A stretch of DNA of 64,000 bases from Botryllus schlosseri (lineage: Eukaryota). This document shows, in pieces, positions 38,218-50,500 of the stretch (positions within the stretch are counted from its first letter, which is position 1; every line of letters starts with the position of its first letter). The position numbers were made by a program, and so were the translations under genes. Location: the NCBI GenBank assembly GCA_051294905.1, contig CM119372.1:18106001-18170000 (forward strand). Direction: 5' to 3'. Below the pieces are notes generated by a model that worked only from the letters and a program-made list of their open reading frames with translations, had not been told where the DNA came from and did not search any database.

Positions 38218-40840
38218 TGTATACTTTTTGTTGATCCTAATGTGTAATTGTATTGCAACGTGCCTGTAATACCATCGAAATGCCTACATCAGTCAATGAA
38301 AGGGAATTGGTCGTTGTACATGAGGTACAGAATACAGCCATCCACAACACGATGTATCCCGGGTTACGATATATATCTTCATCTTCTAGCAGACGTGCTG
38401 GACTGGAAAGATAGAGATGAAAACAGGGCGAGTTGGACCAGTGTCCAAATACCAGGTCTAATATCAGTTCAGTTCGGTTTATAAGCATTCTTTATCAGTT
38501 CAATGCACCACAAAAATTACTTTTGGGAGAAGACGGCGATTATTTATTGTTAAGTCTGCAAAGCAGAGGTAGCATAGCAGAGATGCGGTACTTTGCTTAA
38601 ATTTTTCTTCGGATGGTACCATCGCATAGCAGTGGAAAATGTTGGACTGGCAATCATTGAACTGCACAATGTACCGCGTGCTCACTGCTCACGCATCGTG
38701 TACTGTGTCTTTGAGATTGACTGTGTGCTGCCATACAAACAACGTATTCGTTGGCGTTGACATGGCGCTATTATGTACCGATAACCTAAACACATTAACA
38801 GCCGAAGTCCGTCGATACTCAATAATGCCAGAATGCAGAATGTTGGTTTTTAACAGTTACGTCACACAAAACATTTATTTCGGATAGTTACGTCACATGG
38901 TTCCGGACGAATAGCCTGGACTATGGCTGCGGGCTATTCGTCCGGTTCCGGACGAATAGCCACTGCCTATAAATTAACCCTTGTAAGGCATTACTTGATA
39001 CTAATTTGTTGATTTTAATGTTCATATCTGTTTTGCAGGCTATATTTAATGTGAAATAGCACTAAAGCAATAGCAGGATTTTTTCGGATTCTAATTTTGT
39101 TGCTCAACTGTCGGACTCCGAAATCCTATTTGACTGTCGGATCAGGACGGATACGGATTCCCAAAATTTGGAATCCGCCCATCTCTGAGCACCACCCGAG
39201 CGTATCACCTTTTAATAATCAAGGACTCCATAAAATCCGAGAGTGATTATTAGCTCGTCCGGAAGTCAAATGAGCTGTGTGAATATTAATTATGAATGAT
39301 AGAATGGTTGCTTTCGCACATACGGTGATGTTGTAAGGTTCGATTGTCGATATAGACTATTGGTATTTATGGTAGAGGCATATTATATGAGAATTATAAA
39401 AATGTTCTTTGAAGTAGATTAACCTCGCATCGAAAAGATGGCGTGTTTCCTTTCTTTTGCTGATCTCTAAACGACACGGCCGTGGATACTCGAAAGAACC
39501 TTTGGGAGAATTATAATAATACGGGTTGAAATTCTCTTTTCACGATATCAGCAGCTGCTGCTATTGAATAATAAAGCCAATTTCCATGGTAGTATTTCCA
39601 CCTTATTTTGCACGTAGCAACTGACCTTATTTTGCTCCAATCACACCAACCCTCCCTCCCTCAAGGAGTGGGGGCCCTATATTCGTCTGAAGTGCGCGTA
39701 AAGAATCCACATATCGGACCTTGTACAGCACATTGCATTGGACGAGCATGGTTGTAATAACTCGTATTGTGTTTGACTCTTGGGGTCAATTTGTCAGAAT
39801 GATCAGGATTCAGGATCTGGACGAGTGTAGTGAACATGACCCTTTAGATTGCTATGATTGGGAAAGTATGGCGAACTTTGTTCGCATGACCAGGAGCGTT
39901 AGTTTTAACACTTCTATCCACGCACGCCACCTGGCGCACCTGCTGAATACATATCCGTGATTTTGACGTTGTACTGTGGGTCTGTGGCGCGCATAAGCCA
40001 TGGTAAACGTGCATGATGTTTGCTGCTCAAAAATGGGTGATATCAGATATCTTTGAAAAAGAATTACTAGAGAATCGTAACATATTTTTCACTAGTGGCT
40101 AGATTTATCGCTAGTCACTAGATCGATATTTTTTGTCGTTGAACCTAATAAAAAATCGCTAGATGTAGCAACGAAATCGCTAGCATAAATTGGCACTGTT
40201 GACTTTTCTTGTTTCTGCTTTGGAATTGTCTTCCGCTGTGCTCTGTTGTCCGCTTATTTAGGTTCTAATCTCAGCATATTGACCTTGATTGGCGTTAATA
40301 ATTTTTTTTAAGGTCGTAAGTTCACTATTTTTCGCTGTTTCCATGTTTTAGAGTTGCTATATGCGGTGTGTGCATATGTCTTTGAAGGTCAATGACCGAA
40401 AGTTCCACTGTTCCGTCGTTCCTGTGTTTTACTGTCCATTTCCCGCCATTTCTGCCTTTCCCACTTTTAGGGATGCCCAGCAGTGAAATAGAAGCTATCA
40501 CACGGTCCTAGTCTCATCACCCCACGAAATCACAGTTAATTCCAGGCTTTCCACATTTATCAGGTCTCCTCCCATATATTGTTATCCGCTGTTTATTCGG
40601 AGTCTTATTTTCATCGATCTCTTATCGTCTGCGGTTCGGTCACTGCGTTTTACTAGAAAATCACCACCACCGCCGTGTATCATATGAATTTCGAGTCTTT
40701 TGTTTTGTTCTCCCTGGGCCTGCTATAGGTTTCTCATATTTTGAATATTGCATTTTACTCTATGTGACGTCATAATTAGCGATACTGATTGTTGTTATTG
40801 TAGAACATACTTGTTTTAATAATCTCGGTATTGCTGAAGG

Positions 40841-41369
40841 TAGGGTTACCATACTTTGGAATCGGTAAAGGAGGACACTTTTTCAAAATTTTCAAACCTA
40901 GAATTCCAAAGAAAAATCTCGAGAAAATGGTCAATTTTTCTCACTTGTGGTAGGTTGACTGAAAAAAAAAGGTCATTTTTCCTGCTCATCTCCCGGAATA
41001 CCCGCCGGAGCTTTACTTCAGTGCTGATTTATAGTATCTCACTCTAATTTGACAGTAAATTTGACTAAAGGGGGGCGAAAATGACGAAGGGGGCGAAAAT
41101 GGACAAAGGGGGCGACGGGGGGCGATAGGGGGGCGATGACGCGTCAAAACAGCTGATGTTTTTTTTTTTTTTCAGTCAACCCACGGAAATTTAGTTACAA
41201 AAGTGTCAAATTATTAGACCTCGAGCCGAAAAATTGACTTTTTTTTTTTAGTCAACCCGCCGGTGATTATAGTTTTTATGCCCAATTTTCGGAACACGAA
41301 ATTTGGGGGCGATGATCGGTGTTGAGCTTGAAAAGAGGGCAATGGGTCGAAAAAGGTTGGGAACCACTG
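40841..41369. mobile_element. Chimeric MITE: TAGGGTTACC-family end fused to a CAGTGG-family end
   Basis: Starts tagggttaccata and ends ggttgggaaccactg. The junction near 41068 lies at gggggcga repeats. No TSD. Confidence 0.65.
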
Positions 41370-41582
41370 TCTTAAGCAGTGCTATATATCTAGATATAAA
41401 TTACTGATTGTATCATCATTCCATTCCTGTTTGTGTTAATGTGTCATATATAGTAATTTTGATTTGTTCAATTATTATATTGATTCTTTTCTGTTTATTA
41501 AATAAATCATTTAAATATAGACAGATATCTTTCAGAATACTGTATTATTAATTTATTTTTTTTGAGTTTGACTACAATTGCC

Positions 41583-44500
41583 ATGAGTAACCCGACAGCT
41601 CCGCCTAGCTATGATGCTGCAGTTGATGAGAAAGGGTATGGAGGTTAGTACTGTATGTATGTTAATTTAAATTTTATTGTTCATATTTATTACGTTGAGT
41701 GGTTTTATTTGGTCACATCACAAACACATACAGTTGAAGCTAGCAGATTGACCAGACCTACTCAGATATATTAGTTGTGTGTCTTTATGAGACAGGATAG
41801 TTTTTGTCAGTCTCCAGACGCCTTATATCACAATATCCCCAGCACAATCGTAAATTTATTTGTAGCATCTCCCGTTCCACTGATGTTTGTGTCCCCGTGT
41901 GTCTTGTTTGACAACAGACTGCATGGCCATTGTACTCTTTACGACAAATAGATTTAAATTTATTTATATCTCCGCACAGAGATAGAAATACTTATGGTGC
42001 AGTACAGTTCACCTTAAAAACTTCAGCTTGGGGGTATTCTTTTCATCTATGCTATGCATGTATTCCTGGTATGTTATTGTGGTGCGATATGATATGATAA
42101 GATATGAATGTCGTTCTCATGTGACAGCAGTAGTGTTAATAGTAAAATTACTCAATGATGTTGGACAATGTAGTAATCACACACTCAATTTGCAAGTAGA
42201 AATAGTGATTTCCTCGCTCATACTTTTTATGAGCGGAAATATAAATTCAAGGATTTGAAAAGTAATGATATAGATCTCTAAAGTAGATTTGGATGATATT
42301 ATCATGGCTATAATTTGTTGATTATCCTAACAGCTCTATCAAAGTTTCAACATATATCTCGTCAACAAAAATAGAAAGGCTAGTGATGCTACAGTGTCTG
42401 TAATATTTATTCCTAGGCAATCGATATATTTCCTTGATAACTGTGTCATCATGTCATATTGCCCGCTGAATATTAAAGTTGGTTATGTAATCAAAGAATA
42501 AAAGTGCAAGTACTACACAAACCGTTGAAAGGAGTATTCTGAGAAGCAGCACTTGTTAATGACCGTATTTTGTGTGTCCATACTCCATATCGATGATCGA
42601 TACGTATTGTTGTCTCATGGGATGACTGCTCGGGTTTTTGAACTGGGATTGATTTAGAAATCGATGAAATCTTGTAACCGTAACTGCATGTTTTCGGGAG
42701 ACTTGCGGATTGCCTGATTGGATTGCATTTTGTGCACGAAACACTGTATCATCATGTTGAATATTTTAAAAATTGCGACTTTGATGGACTGCCATATAAA
42801 ATGAGTGGGATTTGTTGAATCAACTAGAATCATTGATCTCCAGCTTGGGAGCTCTTATGCTGAAGTTTCTTTTGGATAGACCTACTAATTTAGAATATTT
42901 TTCCTCAGATGTAATATTGCTCTCCTGGGTGAACTGAACACTGAACAGTTTCTTGCGTTGTGTGATTTTCAATTGTTACTGAACTGGTGAAATGAACAGT
43001 TGTAAATAGTTTGTGTTAAAACCCTATAACTGATCCCGTCATGTCATTGTCACCCATCATTCAAGCTCTGATTTTATATGTGAATGACCTTCATTGCTTA
43101 TGGCAATTATTTAACGACTGGCAAAGAAACTTAAATTTCGTCTTCCAGCATTTTGGTGCAGTAATTGATATCTTTTGGTACATGAACCAGAGTTCAGCCA
43201 CATTGAAATGGCAAATCGATTTCCGTGTTGACCAAAACATGAAATTGAATCAATCTCATCTCAGTCCTCGATAACAGATTAAGAATTTGTCATTACACCA
43301 GGTCAAGTCAATCCACAGTACGCAACTCAGTATGGTACTGAAACCCAACCGCTGACAGGTATGGCTTACTTGGTGAATGAATTTCTAAGCGTCAATTGCA
43401 TATGCTTTTTGAAGATGTATTGATATAGCATGCATGGGTGGTTTCAGTTCTATTGATTTCTCTGTTTCAATGATTTGTACAGAGACTCATCAATTTTTCA
43501 GTCAATTTTCCATATCGAATATGAGCCTGCTGCATCTGCTTTATTAATTTTGTCTGATCCTCAATCTTCATCGATATATTATGACAGATAGGCTAATACA
43601 ATAGAACTAGTGTGTTAGTAGAATGGGATCAATACAACTATAACTGAACAGTAGCATAATTAGTGGTACCGGTACTGGTATGCCACACAGACCACAGCAT
43701 TATCCAAGACGACCATGCCGAAAGAATTGCATTTTTTTATATATCATTTTATCCAATGCTACTGTAGCTTGTGTGCTAGAGGTGTCTAATCCGAATGCCG
43801 TCTTAGACTGACTGAACATAATGGGTTTTAACTTAGTTAGGAATATGTTTGACTAATATTGACACCTTCCACAGCATGAATAATTTTCCCATTTTCATTT
43901 GTCGTCCGTCAGAAGTTGATTTTTTCGGGCTAAGGTCAGTTTTGAGAATACACCACCATATAATATTTTTTCTTTATTTTTTGCTTGTTCTGAAACTGTC
44001 CTGCTCGTTCTTTACCATGTGTGTGACTGCATGTAGGTCTGTAGAATCAAAATAATTATCTATTATGTTGTGTTTTATTGCCGCTCAATCGAAGTACAGT
44101 TGGTAATGTCATCATGACACTTCCATTTTCAATGTGCGACTCGAAGAATAAGCTATGTCATTTTCCACTTGGCAAATTAGAGGCACAACAAATACATGTA
44201 GCATTAATCCACAATCTATAGACAAGAACACGGTTTTAAATTCATTTTCAAGCTATTGATCCATTCTTGATGCACATACGGTAGCTTACTTTCGACATGT
44301 GTGTGCGATTGTGCAGTGCATATGACAAACCTTGATTCAGCCTTTTAATTTTTTTCTTATCAACTGTATACTAATATATAGGTATGAGTTGCCTGAATAA
44401 CTTGACATTGGACTTGCAGTATATTTTGTGTCATTACAGGCACCCCTTATCCGCAAGCCACTGGCTATCCCCCTGCTGGAGGGTATCCGCAGACAGGATA

Positions 44501-47500
44501 TGCGGGATATCCACAGAGCGGCCCACCACAGCCTCAACCTCAACCTTATGGATATCAGCCGCAACCTGTCGCCAGTAAGTTATTTTCGAATGTTTATTGA
44601 ATAGACTGGATGGGTGGTCATGCAGGTAATATGGAAAGATGAAGATGGTTTCACGGGCTGCAAAAATAAGAAAGCGGCATAGTCAAATGGTTTAATTTGC
44701 TGTGCTAATCAATCTAATGCTTTTCTGAGTGTTTCGGCTGATGAATGTCTCTGCTTACTTTGGGCTCAAATTACGATTTCCTGCTAGCGCAATGCAATTT
44801 CGGAGTGGAGTTCATGACAGAATGATTTTACTATGCAGAACGTTTCTATCAAAATTTACGATTTTTAATAAGTAACAATGCAAGTAAATAGTCTCTCAAG
44901 ACAGTCAAAGTCAACTTTTACATCTCCTGCATTATAGTCGTCCGTTGACAATGTGACGTTTCACTTAGCTAGGCATGCTTGATGTAAAGGCTGCAAAGCA
45001 TCAAAATATTGATTCTTGTCATTCATCCATGGTGCAATGTTTTGTACAATTTCTGTAGTCGACATTTAGCAACCATTGCATTCATTAGATTTTCTTTTTT
45101 ATGCGTCTATTTTCAGTTGCTCTGTTCCAGTCGGAGTCAACTCGTCCAACCATATATCTTTTGCCCTCATACCCTGGTTGCCGCCGCTTAGATCAAGTCA
45201 CTATCTTCGAGTCACAATCAATTTTGACTATTATTCAAGTCAAGTCATTTCAGAATTTTTCAAATCGAGTCATGAAAAATTTTTTGGAGTCTCAAGTCAA
45301 GTCATCTCAAATTTTCCCATTTTGAGTCATTTTCAAATCACCAATATTGACGAACTTGGTCCTATGCTACTAAGATCACATGAGTCGCTGGTTACTTTTG
45401 TAAGTTACTGAGAATATTGCTCACTTGCTACATATTATTGCGTTATAATTCAATTTAAACGATATTTATTTACTGAAATCCTGCATGCTTGAGCGGAGAG
45501 CCGACCACCTTTAGGGGGGAGCCCAATTCTTCTCCTCAACTAAGTAATGCTCAAATGCGTACCTCCACTCAACTAAGTATCGATCGAGACTCATCGTTGA
45601 CTGCGCGCCAATTCTCGCTGCTCAGTTAAGTATCGATTTCCAGACGACATTTTCGGAAAGTGCGTTGCCAGATTTTTTTAGCCTTGACCCAGACACGCGT
45701 GGACGATTTTGTCATGACAACCAGACGCTTTCCTCGTTATTTTGTCACAAAACCTGCTACGTAGACGTCGATCTCACTGATTTACCTCATCCAAGCCCTT
45801 TCAAGATGGCCCAATAGAAATAATAGTAATCCTTGAAGATACCCAGAACATTCCTTTGCCCCACAGAAGTATATTTGCAAGATGCTACAAACCCATTCGA
45901 AATTTATAAAGATAAGTTTCACAGCGGGCGACAACGTAAGTCCAGGCCTCAAAGAACAAAAGAATGCAACGATATCAATTGAAAATTGACATTTCTTCAT
46001 GGTTTCTTTTCAATTGAAGCTCCTCTATGCACGATTCACTTAGCTCCTCTGCGATTAAACTTTGCCATATCCACCCCACGTTTTCTCCTTGATATATTCA
46101 GCATTTCTTGTTTCCAAAAGCTTATTGCTGCTCTGTTGGCAAGCGAGTCTCGTCTGACTATTGAAAGGCCTGAAGGTATAGTGACTCCATCCCAACACTG
46201 ATATCACCAAGAACTCTATCAGCTCAGGTTCAAGATAAGATGCTGCATCTACTTAATTGTGGGAGGAGCATTCGTAAAGTACCAGCAGCGTGAAATTCAA
46301 TAGCTAGCAGCGGCACAAAACTTGTCGGTTTTGCTTGACGATCGCCCTTTGTCGCCATTTCTGTACCTATAAATTTCAAAAGGCAGTTGGCGTGACTTTT
46401 GTATAATAAAATTATATGAAACAAAATCCACCCAAGTGCCATCTCACTCATTCACTCAACGGAACTTGACGCTAGTGCATTTTAGAGAGTATAGAAGTTA
46501 CCATTCCGGTATACCGAGATGCCGTACGACAATAAATCGAAAGGGTACAAAAGAGAATTACAAATACAATTATAAACACAAAATCCACCCAAGTGCCACT
46601 GATTTCATTTGCTCAGCAGAAACTCACATCTGGTGGTGCGCTGACTTAGATTTGAGTGCCGATTCGAACGCATTTGAGTGTGAGTATACTTTTTGGCGTG
46701 AGTTGAGTAACGAAATCGTTGCTGAGTAGAGAATCGCTACTCAGCAGAGAAATTGGTCTCCGCCCTTAGTCAGCAACGAGTCAAAAGATTGTCGAATATT
46801 TGCGCCATCGGTGTGGTTTCCACCTCGTCTCCACAATACATGCAGTTTGCCGTCCTTTCAGTGTGGATTAAAATACATCAAATATTAAGATACTATTGCT
46901 GATTATTTTTGCGAAAAATCCTATTTATTTATAATCCCTCATAGGCTAACGCCCAAATCTAAATCAATTAGACCGCTTGTTTCTGTTCACAGCCAGTATG
47001 TATTTTAATCAATTCCGTCCACGTTCACTGTTTTGAGCCAGTATGACATCACAATCACAGCAGACGCGATAGCTCCAGCTGGCTTGCCAGATATCGTATT
47101 TCTACCTAGTGATGACAATCGTTACATTTCGCGCCTATAGAAATTGGCATCTTTAATATCAAGGTCTCAGTGTTGTTGCCTTGCATCACGTCTTCTAATT
47201 ACTCGTGTTCGATCAATGTATTGCTGCTGATTTGCTCGCGTGAGCAGCAGCATTACAAAATACAGTGTTCATTTCCAAATCCCAGTTCCATGCCTAACAG
47301 AATTTGGGATATTCCGCATACCAAAAAAAATTCCTAGCTATTCCCGGCATATTTAGCTTACCTGAGATCAGCACCTGTGGGCAGTGACTTGTGTCAAGTC
47401 ATTAAAAAAATGTTACTTGAGTCAAGTCGAGTAGTGTTACAGTACGCTACAGCACTGCCGGACTCAATGGCAAACACGAGAAGCTTATATAATAGTCATT

Positions 47501-50500
47501 TCCGCATGTACTTGACCCTAATGATTTGATGCTATATTGGTAAATTTGAAAAACATCCAAACCTCTTCCTTTTTTTCAAACTTTTTTTTTTCTGGCTGAC
47601 TACGCGTCTGGTTGGACAGTGTGTTATTGTGTATGCCTGTGGATTGGAATTCTTTCCTGCGCGCAACTGTTACTATAATCATGCTTTCCGAATGTTAATC
47701 GTGAAATGCAACAACGCAACTCGAAACGCTGTTGTAGTCAGCAACCAATTTCCGTGAGGCCAGCAACTTGAAGCGACGTCAGACCCCATTGTATTGGCGT
47801 ACTGGTACCTGACGAATTATTGGTTAGCTGCTCTTTCTCTTCCAGTACCTGTAGATTGTTCACATTTACATCTTTCCATGAATCTAATGAGCGCAGTCGT
47901 ATCATTTGTCGAACATATCGTTTGATGCGTTCCTGCCGTAGCTGGATTGTGCTTTCCACGTACAATCTCAGTGGTACTTGAGTTGATAAACTATATAGCG
48001 TTGCTGCGAAACAGGAAAAACATCTTTGTGCATTGCTGAATATAATTGGTAGTGAAATGAACACAACATGTCGCAGCAACAATATTCAACAATATTCTTC
48101 AAAATTGATTGGCTCAAATTGGGTGTCAGCAGATCTTTGTGACAACCAATTAACCATATTGAATATGAAGCAAAATTGTTTAGATTTAGGCCTACAGCGC
48201 ACATTGAAATTGAAATTGCTCTTTCGTATCAACGAGTTCCTTATAGAAAATCAATTTATGGCCCTTCCACCCATTTAGGATTTAAGCTTTCCCGTGGCCT
48301 GTGCGTCGATGTATACCATGTGCAAATGATATGATATCCAGCTCCTATCAAGTTGGTTCTTTTTAATATCATATACCATGAAGCTATAGGACTGTTACAT
48401 GTTACAGTGTTCCTAATTAATCATCGTATGATTTAATTCCATTGCGATTTCTATATTAGCAGAACTTGACATCAGCACGAGTGATCAACTGATAGTGACT
48501 AATATGCCTCTAGCTTTGTTTGCTTTGGGAATGTTAGTTTGCTTTCAATTCTATCTCTCGAGTCCTTGATCTGATTCCACACTAAGCAACACTCACAACC
48601 ATGGGAATTGTGTTTCATAAAATCCATTCACATTATGGAGCACCTGATGTGAGTTTTTCTAATTCACTTGTTATAAATTGTAATTATAGATAATGAATAA
48701 TGAGTGATTGCAGGTAGTACTCACAACAATACGGTACTGGGCGTACATCTCGAGATGTTTAGCCGAGATAGCCACATAGCCTGTATGTGTAGCATGAAAT
48801 GTGTGTGTGTAGTGTGTACTTAGTACAATAGTCAGTGGCAACTGGCAATTATTTATTCGAATGTGAAATCTAAACAAGTGCGTTGTCAGTTCAAACTTTA
48901 AACACAGTAGACTGACCTGGCTTATTCAGGTTCACTCTATACCAACCTAATATTAGTATTTTTAGCCCGTACGAATATCGCCATCATAACATGCTTTTGC
49001 CAACAAAGTCAACAGGCTGAAAAACTAGTACTTCCAGTCCAAAATGGGTTGTGAACAGGGGTAGCTTATCGAAAAGTAGTGAACCCTTGCCATCCGCCTA
49101 AATCAATCCGACGGTAGTGAAGACCATCTCGTTTGGAACAGTTGTGTGAGCGATGACATCAATGGACAGGCCGATACCTATATTTGTACGGAGATTGATA
49201 TCGGCCTGCAGAAGTGTACGTAGCCAATACAAATAATGGAGTTAGCAAATTTTCCAAAATCTACCAATGTAGCATCAATTTGTGGTCTGTCGATTCTCGC
49301 TAATTGGTACAGGGCAGATACGCGTCGCAAGTGAGATGAATTCCCGGCAACGCAAAAGCGTGCTATGAATTGCAGTTGAGCTGAGAAATATAGGGGATTA
49401 AATCGTCATTTGATTTTTAAAACTGGGGTTTTGACACCAAAGGCCCCCTGCATACGCCACTGTCAGTATGGTACGGTATATCTGTCGGACTCTAGCTCAT
49501 TCTAACATGCAAAAATCGTTACCATACTTGAATAGTCATTCAGTTTTGAGATTCTCACCTTGCTGGGGCATTACTTTTACTAGGAAAATTTATACAGTTA
49601 TTGTCGTCTTGCAGGCCCAGTATACAACGCTCCTGTTGGTTCTGGTCCAAGCGAAAGCGAGAATGGAGGATTTTCCACTCGGTAAATCCATCGCTGCGTT
49701 AATTGGTTGCACTCAATCACTGAGGTCTCATTTACTTTTCCAGAGGTACATTCAGTGACAAGAGTGTTCGGAGAATGTTCATCAGGAAGGTCTTCATCGT
49801 ATTGGGTTTACAACTGCTTGTTACGTTCGGGATTGTGACCATTTTTACCCTGGTGTGAGTTGAGTATGGCTGTGACATTATATCCATCTTCTGTACTGGC
49901 ATCCATCAATTGCTATCGAAGATAGATAAATACAGTAATAGAAATGACATTGACTGCTGATAGCTATTGGTCTTCTCCGGCAGCCCTGAGAGATGAAACT
50001 CACTATTAATTAATTTCTTGATAATTACACCAGGTTCACCTCCAATTGAATTATTTAAATTCTCATTCAAGTGTTCATATCTACTTGTACTATATATGTA
50101 TATATATTTGGTGTAGCTAAATACTTAGCTTTTGATATTTGGTATAGCTAAAATGTAGATACTTCTACTAGAGTAGAGAGTTGTTTAGCATAAAAAAAAG
50201 TGTCTCCCTAATATATATTGGGCTACGCAAACGAAAGGCCACTGTTGGTGCATACTGCACCATTAGGATTGCGTTTCTGTAGCGTCGGTAAATGAATGCG
50301 ATATTGCTTCTAAGACAGACCGCATTACAGTCAAACATTTGTTTATCTCCGATAATATGTCGTCTTGTGAGTACGGCATTTTAGCATCTTGTTTCGCTGT
50401 GTGTAGCCATTGCGAGAATGACATTGTCAGAAAATATATTCAAATGACACATTGGGTTCATCACCTGGTATCACATTGCTTTTACTACGTTTGTTCTGAC

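Larger units (their letters stand above)
32451..38967. mobile_element. Mutator-like (MULE) non-autonomous element, host of the LTR retrotransposon
   Basis: About 83-bp near-perfect TIRs ggcagtggctattcgtccggaacc... / ...ggttccggacgaatagccactgcc. Perfect 9-bp TSD tataaatta. GG..CC termini. Confidence 0.85.
30958..39187. mobile_element. CAGAGATGG hAT-type element, outer shell of the 8.2-kb nested stack
   Basis: TIRs cagagat(ggc) / gcccatctctg. Perfect 8-bp TSD agcaccac. ccgga/cggat subterminal repeats. Confidence 0.85.

Noticed and set aside
44337..44578. ORF-track peptides here and at 62008-62300 that look like a duplicated small gene
   Set aside because: They are wrong-frame or antisense readings of TMBIM exon 3 in the two paralogs.
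45700..46200. Possible Harbinger transposase relic on the minus strand
   Set aside because: Only vague resemblance and no catalytic motifs recognisable by eye.
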